In this document: in pieces, positions 18,444-38,065 of the stretch | Layout of the letters: each line of letters starts with the position of its first letter | How positions within the stretch are numbered: the stretch's first letter is position 1 | From: the human T2T-CHM13v2.0 reference genome, Homo sapiens | Length of the DNA stretch: 64,000 bases | Assembly: GCF_009914755.1 (NCBI RefSeq) | Contig: NC_060943.1 | Strand: one strand, 5' to 3' | Position numbers and translations under genes: made by a program | The notes under the pieces: model-generated | Seen by the model: only the letters and a program-made list of their open reading frames with translations | What the model was told of the DNA's origin: nothing | Databases searched by the model: none

Positions 18444-18948
18444 TCACTGACAGTAAGATGTATTTATGCACACTGAAATTTGATTTTCATATAATGTTTG
18501 TGTTTCACGAAGTACTATTCTTTTTTTTCCAACCATTCATAAATGTAAATCCATGCTTAGCTCATGGGCCAAATGAAAGCTGCAGTGCCCACATATTATA
18601 TGATTCCATTCATATAAAAATGTTGGCTGGTGCAGTGGCTCACGCTTGTAATCCCACCACTCTGGGAGGCCGAGGCGGGCAGATCACCTGAGGTCAGGAG
18701 TTGGAGACCAGCCTGACCAACACAGTGAAACCCTGTCTCTACAAAAAATACAAAAGTTAGCCAACATGGAGAAACCCTGTCTCTAGTAAAAATACAAAAT
18801 TAGCCGGGTGTGGTGGCAGGTGCCTGTAATCCCAGCTACTCAGGAGGTTGAGACAAGAGAATCGCTTGAACCCGGAGGCAGAGGTTGCAGTAAGCCGAGA
18901 TCGCGCCATTGCACTCCAGCCTGGGCAACAGAGCCAGACTCCGTCTCA

Positions 18949-19509
<561 letters not shown>

Positions 19510-19683
19510 TCACCTCGATAAGAACATATATACATATGGATATAATTTACATAGGAATATGCATAGAATGTAAAGAATTACACTATTGATATTTTGATTT
19601 TTTTTTAAGCTGCAAGCCACCATTTGCCAGCCTCCAATTAAGATAAATAAAAATAGCTCCCAGAGATGGAAGGGTTCTTCTAG

Positions 19684-19926
<243 letters not shown>

Positions 19927-20366
19927 TGATCCCAACACTTTGGGAGGCTGAGGCAGGCGGATCATCACTGGGATCAGGAGTTTGAGACCAGCCTACCCAA
20001 TATGGTGAAACCCCGTCTCTATTGAAAATATAAAAATTAGCTGGGCGTGGTGGCACATGTCTGTAATCCCAGCTATTCAGGAGACTGAGGCGGGAAAATT
20101 GCTTGAACCTGGGAGGCAGAGGGTTGCAGTGAGCTGAGATTGCGCCACTGCACTCCAGCCTGGGCAACAGGGCGAGACTCCATCTCAAAAAAAAAAAAAA
20201 AAAGAATATCATTCACTCAAGGTCAACAAGTACAAGTGCCAGAATCTAAACTCAGGGCTCCAGCTGTCCATCGCTTACCTCACTGAACAGACCAACTGGG
20301 AGGATTAAATGAGAAAATACATCCAGACAAGCCTGGCCAACATGGTGAGACTCCCGTCTCTACTTA

Positions 20367-20489
<123 letters not shown>

Positions 20490-21962
20490 TCACTCCAGCC
20501 TGGGTGACAGAGTGAGACCTGGTCTCAAAAAAAAAAAAAAAGAAAATACATCCAGATCCTCAGCATAGGGCCTGGTATACATTAGGTGCTCAGTAAGTAT
20601 TGCTCTCTCCCCCTCTTCTGTCCTGTGTGTCAATAAGAGCGAGGCAGTAATGGCCTGGCTGGCAAGAAGATGATGAGAGGTTCTGATGGGAACCCATCAG
20701 TCATCAGCCCAGTGCAATCCCGCATCTTCCCCAAGCACTCGCGACCTATTTATGTAGTAGTAAGAAAACTCCAGAGGCAGGGCCAGGCGTGGCGGCTCAG
20801 GTCTGTAATCCCAGTGCCTGATAGGCAAGGGCAGAAGGATCGCTTGAGCCCAGGGGTTTGAGGCTGCAGTGACCTATGATCACACCACTATACTCCAGCC
20901 TGGGAGACAGAGCGAGACCCTGTCAAAACACACATACACACACACACACACACACAAACTCCAGAGACAACCAGGCAAATCACAAAGTGACCTTTCCTAT
21001 CAGACCTCAGCTCCAAGCATTGCAGCGACAAGGTGGTGACCCGAGATAAGAAGCGCACTTGCAGAGGGTGCCTCTGCCCGTATCTCTCCGCATCCTCAAG
21101 AAACACAGAACTATCAAACATTTTTGCAACATGAGGAGCCAAGTTTTGCAACATACTGAAAAAGGGTTGTGCAAACTTCAGCAGAAACACCCCAATTGCC
21201 CCAGCTGGGAGTCATCATCCAGTTGCTGCTGTAATGTGATTGTAATTCCTCCAGTGTTCATAATTTGTCTTGGAAGCTCAGCTGTATTTTACATGACGTG
21301 TTTTCTGTAGAATTCCTGAGTACTTGCTCTTGGGATCTGAGCCAAGTGCACACAATAGCTATTTGGGGCAAAACAGCTGGTAAAGAGAAAGGCAGCTTAG
21401 ACCCTGAAGAAAAGTGGAAAGAATTCAAGGTTACTAGAAATGTCCAGGGCCCAGTAAAAGAAGATTGTAATCTCTCTATGTGCAGAAACAGGCCATATAC
21501 TTCATCAGTTTCCTCTCCATGCTCAGCTCAGCATGGAGCGGAAGCTCAGTATTTATTTGTGGCTCAGACGAAAAACTTCTTGTTTGCAAGTTTCCTGAGC
21601 CCTTGAAGACAGCCTGGCAGGAGACAACAAATGCAAAGCTGCACACGTACCACTTATCCAATCCCCTGTTAGTGACAGACATCACCAGTCAATCAGTCAA
21701 TCACAGACATGACCAATCCATCACAGCACTGGGCCTGGCTACAACCTCAGAATCTGCACCAGCACAGTGCTAAAAGCAACTATTATCAACAGATTTGAGG
21801 AAAATATTCTGCCTCCTTGGTCTACATTTATAATGTTGAGTTGTTAGGAGAAGATAAGGGGCAGCAAGAAAGAGATGACAATAAGATAATCACCATCGAG
21901 GCTGGGCACTGTGGCTCATGCCTGTAATCCCAGCACTTTGGGAGGCTTAGGCAGGAAGATCA

Positions 21963-22328
<366 letters not shown>

Positions 22329-22339
22329 TTAATTAATTA

Positions 22340-22597
<258 letters not shown>

Positions 22598-23951
22598 TCA
22601 CCTGAGGTCAGGAGTTTTAGACCGAGTCTCCCTCTGTCACCCAGGCTGGAGTGCAGTGGCATGATCTTGGCTCCCTGCAACCCTGCCTCCCAGATTCAAG
22701 TGATTCTCCTGCCTCAGCCTCCCAAGTAGCTGGGACTACAGATGTGTGCCACCATGCCTGGCTAATTTTGCTTTGTTTTTGAGATGAAGTCTCGCTCTGC
22801 TGCCCAGGACGGAGTACAATCAGCTCACTGCAACCTCCACCTTCCAGGTTCAAGGGATTCTCCTGCCTCAGCCTCCCAAGTTCCCAAGTAGTTGGGATTA
22901 CAGGCACCTGCCACCATCCCTGGCTAATTTTTCTATTTTTAGCAGAGATGGAGTTTCACTATGTTGGTCAGGCTGGTCTTGAACCTCAGGTGATCCACCC
23001 ACCTCAGCCTCCCAAAGTGCTGGGATTACAGGCATGAGCCACCACACCCAGCTAATTTTTGTATTTTTAGTAGAGACGAGGTTTCACCGTGTTGGCCAGG
23101 CTGGTTTCAAACTCCTGACCTCAAATGATCCACCCGCCTCGGCCTCCCAAAGTGCTGGGATTACAGGCGTGAGCCACCGCACCCAGCCAAGGCTTGCAGA
23201 GCTCTGAGGGTAAAGTCACCTAACTAGTTCCAGGCAGGGCTGAGAATGTGACTTCATGCCCGGTGCTCTTTCTCCAACATCATCATTGGCTGGGACTTCA
23301 CGAGGACAGATACCTGTGCAGGCAGATGCCAACCAGATAGCAGGTTCATAGGACAACAGCAGGAGCGGGTCTGTGCTCCAGGCCCCCTCCCAGTGCCAAG
23401 CCTCTCCTGCACAGAGAGATTCCACAGTGCCTCAGATCCCCTAAAAGGCTCATTCACTCATCTTCACAATCAGCCAGCAAGTACTGTTGAACACTGACAA
23501 ATGCCATCTCATATTCTCAAAAGGAAACTGAGGCTCCGAGAGGTTAAGTGGCTTGCCTAAGGTCACACAGCTAATGTGGCAATTAAAATTCTTCTAGGTC
23601 GGGCACGGTGGCTCATGCCTGTAATACCAGCACTTTGGGAAGCCAAGGCAGGAGGATCACTTGAGGCCAGCCAGGAGTTAAAGACCAATCTGGGCAACAC
23701 ACTGAAACCTCATTTCTCTTTTTTTTTTTTTTTTTTTTTTGAGACAGAGTCTCGCTCTATCGTCCAGGCTGGAGCACAGTGGTGCGATCTCGGCTCACTG
23801 CAACCTCCACCTCCCGGGTTCAAGCAATTCTCTGCCTCAGCCTCCTGAGTAGCTGGGACTATAGGCGCTCACCACAACGCCTGGCTAATTTTTGTATTTT
23901 TAGTAGAGACAAGGTTTCACCATGTTGGCCAGGCTGGTCTTGAACTCCTGA

Positions 23952-24308
<357 letters not shown>

Positions 24309-24624
24309 TGAGCCACTACACCTGGCCCACAAGACCAGCCCACGAGACCTCATTTCTGTAAAATAAAATGAAAAGTTCGTGTTCTTTCCATGCACTGGCA
24401 GCTCTCTGCATTGGTTCTGCTGGCCAGGCACTCTGCTGAAATGTTTCACGCTGCCCTGGGAGGTCCTCAGTGGGTGGCCACTGTCTTTACATCACTTTTG
24501 TTTCAACAAATCGGGTCCACAGCTGGGCCCAGGGGGACACAGAGATGAGTCAAGGGAGGCCCCTGTCTTGAGGGGTTCACCGTCTGGGGAGGAAGCCAGG
24601 CGGGAGAACAGCTGGTTACCACGA

Positions 24625-26000
<1,376 letters not shown>

Positions 26001-26019
26001 TCATGGATTGAATTACTCA

Positions 26020-26217
<198 letters not shown>

Positions 26218-26432
26218 CTATGGATTATTATTATTATTAGTTAATAACAATATATTCCTCTCTGCTCAGTAATTGTCACAAATGCACCACACTAATGCAA
26301 GATGATAATAGGAGAAAGGTTGGGGTGGTGCGAGGGGTGCTACCTGGGAACGCCGTGTACTTCGTGCTCAATTTTTCTGTAAACCTAAAACTGCTGTAGA
26401 AAATAAAAGTCCAGACCAGGCGCTGTGAGTCA

Positions 26433-26741
<309 letters not shown>

Positions 26742-28064
26742 TTAAGGGAGGTTGAAAAAAAAGAGAGAGAGAGAGACAGGCAGAGACGACGGAGCTTCAC
26801 AATTGGAAATGGAAAGAAAGGAACGCTGGTCGGGGGCGCAGTGAGCGCAGAGGGGAATGTGCTTGGTGTGTTTCAGGACCCAAACAGAGACAGTGAGAGA
26901 GGAGGAAGGCAGAGAGGTACCTCAGACAAGCTGCAGGTGCCAGTGAGCAAGGCTCAGAGGCCCAGGGGACCAAGGTGCTCTCTGACAAACTAGAGGGATG
27001 CTGTGGTCAGAGGTCTTTTTTTTTTTTTTTTTCTTTTAATTAGACAGAGTCTTACTCTGTCACCCTGTCACCCAGGCTGGAGTGCAGTGGCACGGTCTCG
27101 GCTCACTGCAACCTCCACCTCCCAAGTTCAAGCGATTCTAGCCTCTTCAGTAGCTGGGATTATAGGCACACGCCACCACGCCCGGCTAATTTTTGTATTT
27201 TTAGTAGAGACAGGGTTTCACCGTGTTGACCAGGCTAGTCTCCAACTTCTAACCGCAAGTGATCTGCCCGCCTCAGCCTTCCAAAGTGCTGGGATTACAG
27301 GTGTGAGCCACTGCGCCCAGCCGACGGTCTTGGCCAAAGCAAAGGAACAAACAAACAAAAACCCTTCCCGGCAGCTGCCCAGGCATCCCATATCCTTGAG
27401 GAGAAATTCCTGATTCCCTTAATCTTTCCATCATTATCATACGGGGAAACTGAGGCCCAGAGAAAGGCAATTCAATTCCCAAAGCACACAAGCAGGCCCA
27501 TCTCCCAAGCGCTGGTAGAGAATTCAGTGTCACACAAGATGTCACCTACTTCCACAACAAAGAAAAGAGCCTGTGTGAACTCACAATAGCCATTTGGGGT
27601 AAGGTACTATTCTTATCTGCATTTCGAAGATTGAGGAGGCAAGCCCAAACAGCCAAAGCCACTGGTTCAAGGTCACACAGCGCGTGCTCAGTGGCTGAGG
27701 CTGACTCGCAGCCATTTCAGTGGCAACTGCAGAAAGCAAGTTTGTATTCAACTTGAAGTCTCCGGTGACTGGGTTTGGTGGGGGCTGCAGAGGGGACCCT
27801 GCAGAGTGCATTTCTGCAGAGGCTGAGAGTCCAAGCTTCCAGGGCAGGAGCTGCCTGCATCCCTCACCACCTGGCTCCAAGTTCCTCCTTGGGATGCTCT
27901 TCCTCCCATACCCACATGGTCCCCAATGACTTTTTCACATTAGCTCACATTTCACCCCCTGGGTGAGATTCAGAATTTCCCCATTTTCTCCTTCCCACTC
28001 CCTCATCTCACACTCACTTTCTAGTCCCTTCTACTGCTCCATTTTTCTTTTTAAACCCCTATCA

Positions 28065-28367
<303 letters not shown>

Positions 28368-29443
28368 TCAAATGAATAAACCTCTATCCTTCCCTCCTTC
28401 ACTAAAGTGGAGGTCCCCTAGGGCAGGGATCTTGTCTATCTCTTGGTTACTGTGTCCCCAGTGCCTACCCAGGGCTGGCAGACAGTTGTAACAGGAGTGA
28501 CAGTCCCTGGCCAGCAGGAATATGGTGTGGGGGACAGAGGTGGAGCATTGAAGGGACCCATTGGGCAGCATTGTCCTCTGATGCCCCCGATGCTGGAGCT
28601 GTATTGGGGGAATGACTGTCATCACCGTCCTCTGAGTTACTTAATTCATTTATGGAAGTCAGTAAAGGAACCCAGCCTGCCTGTGCCTGCCGCAACTCCA
28701 ACTTCTCCCAGCCACCTCTGCCTCAGTTTCCCTGCACTTGACGGGCTTATTGAGGTTGGGGAGGAGGGGGTGGGTGTCTCAAATGTCAAAGATTTAATGT
28801 GTCTTGATGTTACCACACAAAAGTTTTGTTTTGTTTGTTTTTTTGAGACAGTCTCCTCTGTCACCCAGGCTGGAGTGTAGTGGTGTGATTGTATCTCACT
28901 GCAGCCTCGACCTCCTGGGCTCAAGCGATCCTCCCACCTCAGCCTCCCACTACACCCAGCTAATTTTTTTTATTTTTTAAGAGATGGGGGCCACTGTGTT
29001 GTCCAGGCTGGTCTTGAACTCCTGGCCTCGAGTGATCCTCCTGTCTCAGCCTCCCAAAGCGGTGGGATTACAGATATGACCCACTGCACCAGGTCTACAC
29101 AAGGTGTTTTTATTTACAGGGTGATGTGCACACGGTGGGTCCCTCTGGGTGGTCCCACAACAGATGAGGGGCCCAGCCTCACCCATCCATGAATCCTGGA
29201 GACTCCAGACTTCCCATCCATCCAGGGTTCTGCAGCCCTCTCTGAGGCTGGAGCCAATCTCCCCTTCCGTCAAGGGATCCGGGGAGACCGCCAAGCCCGG
29301 TGCTCCCCTGAGAGTCTCTGAGAGGCCCCGACACCGCCCCCGCTCCAGGTCCCCGGGATGCTCGCGCAGGCGGGAGCCCGGGGCGCCCGGGGGATCCCTG
29401 AGCGTCACGCCGCTGTTGTGGAGCGCGTGTTGACAACGTCGCC

Positions 29444-29480
29444 GGGGAGACGGGCGGGGGCGGGGCCCGGGAGAGGGGGA
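29444..29480 (+). promoter_or_regulatory. GC-box/Sp-KLF cluster with G-quadruplex potential
   Basis: GGGGAGACGGGCGGGGGCGGGGCCCGGGAGAGGGGG: six G-runs of 3 or more with GGGCGG boxes. Confidence 0.55.
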
Positions 29481-29569
29481 GGCGCGGCCCTGGCGGCGCG
29501 CGAGGGGCCGGGCTGTCAGCGCAAGGCCCAGGCCGCCGCAGTGGCCACGGCCGCTGCCGCCCGCCGGCT

Positions 29570-29591
29570 TATATACCGCGGCTAAATTTAG
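29570..29591 (+). promoter_or_regulatory. KLF2 tripartite palindrome / MEF2 site (flow- and ERK5-responsive element)
   Basis: Three abutting palindromes: TATATA (29570-75), CCGCGG (29576-81), CTAAATTTAG (29582-91). The last fits MEF2 consensus YTA(A/T)4TAR and lies ~110-130 bp upstream of the inferred TSS, as described for KLF2. Confidence 0.88.
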
Positions 29592-29670
29592 GCTGCGCCC
29601 GGAGCTCGTCCCCATCCGGGACGCGTTTCCGCCGCCGCCGCTTTGGCCCGGCCCCCGCGCGCGCCGCGCC

Positions 29671-29676
29671 TATAAG
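29671..29676 (+). promoter_or_regulatory. TATA box (TATAAG); TSS inferred near 29702
   Basis: AT-rich hexamer in GC-rich context, ~30 bp before CACAGAGCC and ~130 bp before the ATG; GC boxes nearby. Confidence 0.8.
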
Positions 29677-29799
29677 GCTTGGGCGGGCCCGGCCGCGGCC
29701 CACAGAGCCGTCCCCGCCCGCCCGCGCCCCGACCAGCCCGGCCTCGGGCAGCCACTCACCGGTGTCCCCGTCCGCGTCCTTCCTCCCCGGGTCCCGGCC

Positions 29800-31907
<2,108 letters not shown>

Positions 31908-32148
31908 CCGGGACGCCCCCGCCCACCTGCGCGCGGCCGTGGCGGGTCCCACGCGCCGGGCGCGGCCCCCTCCCAAACTGTGACTGGTATTTATTGGACC
32001 CAGAGAACCGGGCCGGGCACAGCGTGGCTACAGAGGGTCTCCCTCGATGACGACGACGACGACGCCACCACCCCAGCCCCCGTCTGTGACTGAAGGCCCG
32101 GTGGGAAAAGACCACGATCCTCCTTGACGAGTTTTGTTTTTCAAAATG

Positions 32149-32156
32149 GTGCAATA
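32149..32156 (+). promoter_or_regulatory. miR-25/32/92a 8mer seed site (GTGCAATA) in KLF2 3' UTR
   Basis: Exact 8mer match; miR-92a repression of KLF2 is established. Confidence 0.8.
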
Positions 32157-32380
32157 ATTTAAGTGGCATCTTCTCTCCCACCGGGTCTACACTAGAGGAT
32201 CGAGGCTTGTGATGCCTTGTGAGAAATAAGGGCCTTAATTTGTACTGTCTGCGGCATTTTTTATAATATTGTATATAGTGACTGACAAATATTGTATTAC
32301 TGTACATAGAGAGACAGGTGGGCATTTTTGGGCTACCTGGTTCGTTTTTATAAGATTTTGCTGGGTTGGTTTTTTTTTTT

Positions 32381-32386
32381 ATTAAA
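32381..32386 (+). terminator. KLF2 proximal polyadenylation signal ATTAAA
   Basis: Common variant hexamer preceded by a U-rich tract and upstream TGTA motifs. Confidence 0.7.
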
Positions 32387-34097
32387 AAGTTTTGCATCTT
32401 TTAAAAAAAATCACAGCACTGGTCTGGTTGCTTGGAACTGGGGCCTTGGGGCACTTGGGAGGAGGGGGGAGCGGAGAGTTTGATGGAGGGCAGCCCCCAC
32501 TAAAGCATCGTGTGCAGTGGGTCCTGCGTCTGCCAGCACCGGGACTGCCAGCTGCTGTGCCTGCCTGCCAGGAACCTGTGGGTTTTTCTGTAAATTTAGA
32601 CACTGCATTTTAGGACTGAGGGAGGGTTATTTTAAGGTTGTTCTTTGAGCCATAAATTGCCTCTTTGCCCCACAGCTGGGGAAAGTGCTGGTCCCACTGA
32701 CGTGGCCTCCTCTACGTTGAAAAAAAAAAAACTACTTACCTCTTCCTGGAAGCCTCTGAGGTTTTAGCCAAATTTCTGGAGTGCCAGCTCTATATTTTTA
32801 TTTTTATTTTTAAAGGGGGTTAACCTGCTGAGTTTCTGGCATGTTCTGCCCTTTACTCGTCTCGACATTTAGCAAGTCTTTTCTTAAGGGGTGAGTTCCC
32901 CATTCTGCTAGCGGAAAACAGTGAAACCTGCATTCGAGGGCCATGCATGAAGCTCTTTTCCAGATGAGGAAACGGAGGCCCGGAGAGGTAGCGGCAGGGT
33001 GGTGGAGTTGGGTTGTTAGCCTGCTCTGTCTGCCTCCAAGGGTCCCTGAACCCCACTGGAAGGGAGTGGTAGCTTTCTACAATGACCCACCTGTTGTGTG
33101 CATTGGAAGGCTAGGAGAGCCTCCTCCCCTGTAGGTCTCCTGGTGCAAAAAATTCACTGCCTCAATGGTAGGAGGTGACCAGTCTGGAAACCCACCTGGA
33201 GAGCAGAGGAGACCCCTAAATCCCACCACCCCAAGTGTCTCAGGCAAGGAGGTATCTCTCCCCCCAGATTTCACCTGCCACCCCTCACCTTCCCCATTCT
33301 CAGGGGCCCCGGGTAACCATGACCACCAACCATTGCACAAGTTTCCAGAAAGTGAAAATAGCTCGTAAGCAGCGCCTGCTTTAAAACACTCTCACCCCGT
33401 TGCGACAGAGGCTGGGATTTCCTCCCTCCCTGCATCCTTCCTCCTCCCCAACTACAGCAGCCCTGGAAACAGCTGAGAGGTGTTTGGTAATCCACGAAAA
33501 GCAGAAATACGATTTGACAATCTGATTCATTTTCCGAGAGTAAATAGCCTGGCCTCACTTCCGTTGCTGATGAAGGGTGTGAATGTTTTTGAGCCTCCTG
33601 TACCCTCTGCGTGCAGCTTCTGCAAAAACCGTCCCAAGACAGAATGTTGGCCCCTCGACCTGGGGAGATGATCCCCCTTTTTAAAAGCTGGCCTCTGCAG
33701 TGCAGGGGCAGAAGAAGGACTCGCGGGTGGTTTAAAACAATATTAAGGGTCTCCAGGTTTCCCTGTTCAGCTTAAACTTAGTGATCAAGCTATTTTTCTT
33801 GCTTATTTGAAAATGTCTTCCAGGTTTCTCCTGGAAGCTTCTGAGTCCAGTGAAAGGCAAATCGTTCACGGGGCTGAAGCTGTTTCTGTTTCTTGCGTGT
33901 CTGTTCTGTTGGAGAACAGACAGAATAGAAAGTGTGATAGTTGTACGTTTCAGTAAGAGACACCAACTCAGGCAGCGCTAGGTCATACCGACTAATCCAG
34001 AAATATCCCATCATCATTTTTTTCTGCCCCTTTCTGACACTCAAATGCCAATTTCCATGATCTTCTGCATCTGTGATGCTCAGTGGAGAGTGACCCA

Positions 34098-34254
34098 GTC
34101 TGGGAACATTTTTGGTTGTCAACTCGGGGGTGCTGCTGGCATCTGGTGGACAGAGGTGGGTGATGTTGCTAAGCATTCTGCAGTGTACAGACAGCCCCCA
34201 CCACAGAGAATAGCCCAGCTCTGAATGTCAGCAGTGCTGAGGTTGAGACATCGC
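34098..34254. mobile_element. MER20 (hAT-Charlie) fragment
   Basis: GTCTGGGAACATTTTTGGTTGTCAACT...GGCATCTGGTGG...CAGTGCTGAGGTTGAGA. Confidence 0.65.
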
Positions 34255-35619
34255 CTCTGGTTCCTAAAAGATCATTGCTCTTATCAGCAAGAAGGTGACT
34301 CTGTGCCACGAAGCAAGCTTTGGTGGCAAATGCCACCCAGAAAAAGGTACAAAGAAAACCTCACCCTGGGGCCATCTTCACCTAGGATTCTACAACCCAA
34401 TCCCAATGCAAGTTTTTCTTTCTTTCTTTCTTTCTTTCTTTTTTTTTTTTGGAGACAGTCTCGCTCTGTTGCCCAGGCTAGAGTACAGTGGCACAATCTC
34501 AGCTCACTGCAACTTCTGCCTCCTGGGTTCAAGTAATTCTCCTACCTCAGCACCTCCTAGTAGCTGGTATTACAGGCGCGCGCCACCAAGCCCAACTAAT
34601 TTTTGGATTTTTAGTAAAGATGGGGTTTCGCCATGTTGGCCAGGCTGGTCTCGAACTCCTGACCTCAGGTGATCCACCCACCTCAGCCTCCCAAAGTGCT
34701 GGGATTACAGGAGTGAGCCACCGCACCCAAACTCTCTCTCTCTCTCTCTCTTTTTAGAGCAGGAGATTTGTGGTCACTGGCTGAATTACTTTTCATGGCT
34801 GTGATTTTCGCTATATTCTTTCTTTTCCCCAGGCAAAGTTATAATCATTTGTCGATGCTGTTTTTTCCCCCAGTTATACATTTGTATTGTCATTTTCATG
34901 GCTGCATAATATTCCTTTTAGATATGGCAGGAGTTATTTATGGAAACAAGCACTGTGGGTAAAAGGGTTGAAAAGGGTGAAGGTTTGAGATAGGGTCTCA
35001 TCTGTCACCCAGGCTGGAGTGCAGTGGCACAATCACTACAATCTTGACCTCCTGGGTTCAAGCAATCCTCCTGCCTCAGCCTCCCGAGTAGCTGGGATTA
35101 CAGGCATGCATCACCATGCCCAGCTAATTTTTACATTTTTTTGTACAGAGGGGATCTCACTATATTGCCCCTCCTGGGCTCAAGCAATCCTCCCGCCTCA
35201 GCCTCTCAAAATGCTGGGATTAAAGATGCAGACCACCAAGCCCAGCTATGGCAGGGGGTGGGGGAGAGGTGACAGTTTTGAGGGGCTTATTGGCATGGTG
35301 CTGGGGAGAGATGTAGGAGCTATTTTTCTGCTAGGCACTTCCTGTAGTTCTGGGGGCCCCAGCACCCAGGCAGGCTGCAGAATGATGTGGTGTGAAGTGG
35401 GAGGAGGAAGGGGGCGTTGTCAGAGGGCAAGATGTCTATAGGCTCACCCCTGACTCAGCACCCAGCCCTGTCAACACGGTTGAGTCAGCACCCACGCCCG
35501 GCAGCCCCAGGTGGAGTCCCAGGACCATAGGCTCAAGCTGATTTGTCAGGTGCCAGGGCTGGGTGGCTCCGATTGCCCCGGCCTGAGCTGTGTCAGCTGT
35601 GCCAGACCAGCGAGCATCA

Positions 35620-35811
<192 letters not shown>

Positions 35812-36479
35812 TCATTCTCCAGTGCGGGGCCACCCTGTGCGCTGCAGTGTTCAACAGCATCTCTGGCCTTCACCGACTCAATGCCAATTAACACCCGTCC
35901 CCTGGCCAGACCCGGGGGCTCACACCTGTAATTCCAGCACTTTGGGAGGGCGAGGCGGGTGGATCACTTGAGCTCAGGAGTTCGAGGCCAGCCTGGCCAA
36001 TATGGTGAAACCCTATCTCTACTTAAAAAAAAAAAAATTAGCTGGGTGTGGTGGCAGGCACCTGTAATCTCTGTCATCTCAGCTACTTGGGAGGCTGAGT
36101 CAGGAGAATCACTGGAACCTGGGAGGCGGAGGTTGCACTGAGCTGAGATGGCGCCTGGGTGACATAGGGAGAGTCCATCTCAAAAAAAAAAAGAAAGAAA
36201 CCCTCAGATCAGCCGTGCGACTTTGCCTGCCTGTGCTTCAGTTTCCTTGGGTGGAAAATGAGTTTGCTGCTGTGAAAATGAAATGAGACACTAAAGCTCA
36301 GAGCCCACCCCTGGGGTGTGGCCAGCACAGTGAGTGTCCTCTGATAAAGCTGGTGTGCCTGAATTTTAAGGCCCCTTCCTCCCTCTCTCTCCCTCTCCCC
36401 ACAACCCTCTTCGCTCATTCATTCATTCATTCACCTGTTCATTCAGCAGATGCTCTGTATGGCAAGCAGATATGACTCA

Positions 36480-36822
<343 letters not shown>

Positions 36823-37305
36823 TCAGAGTCAGTGCCAAAATGTTTGTCGCATGACCTAACTTTGTGCTAACGGTGGACCCTGTGACTCGAGCTTGGGTGC
36901 TTTCATTCTGGGCACCTTCAACAAATTATCTCTTTCAACCTCCCCACAAGCCTGAGGGTTGCCTAAGCACCCCCATTTTCTAGAGGTGGAAAGTGGGGTT
37001 CAGAGAGGGGAAGGTTAGCTGGGGGACCTGGTGCAGGTGGCAGAGCTGAGGCTTCAACCCAGGTCTGCCTGGCCTGGCCACCGCAACTCCTCCTGTGCCT
37101 AGAAACATCTGAATGCACCAATGCATCAGGTTTGCCCTGTTTCCCTCCACACACAGGTTCTAGGGGTTCCTGGAAGCCCTGCTGAGTTCCTTCTAGGCTT
37201 TTGTCTAAAAGGAACTGAGAAGCCCATTTGCCAGGAATATCCCAGACAGGGAGGGACAAGGGGCCGGGAAGAGGCTGGGTGAATAGGGTTCCCTGAGGTG
37301 CCCTA

Positions 37306-37699
<394 letters not shown>

Positions 37700-37726
37700 T
37701 TACTGGAGGTCAGAAGTTCAAGATCA

Positions 37727-38065
<339 letters not shown>

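Larger units (their letters stand above)
31908..32405 (+). other. KLF2: KLF2 proximal 3' UTR
   Basis: Follows the stop codon; AU-rich distal half; ends shortly after ATTAAA at 32381-32386. Confidence 0.75.

Noticed and set aside
29669-29678. CCTATAAGG as an SRF CArG box
   Set aside because: Only five A/T bases between CC and GG; CArG needs six.
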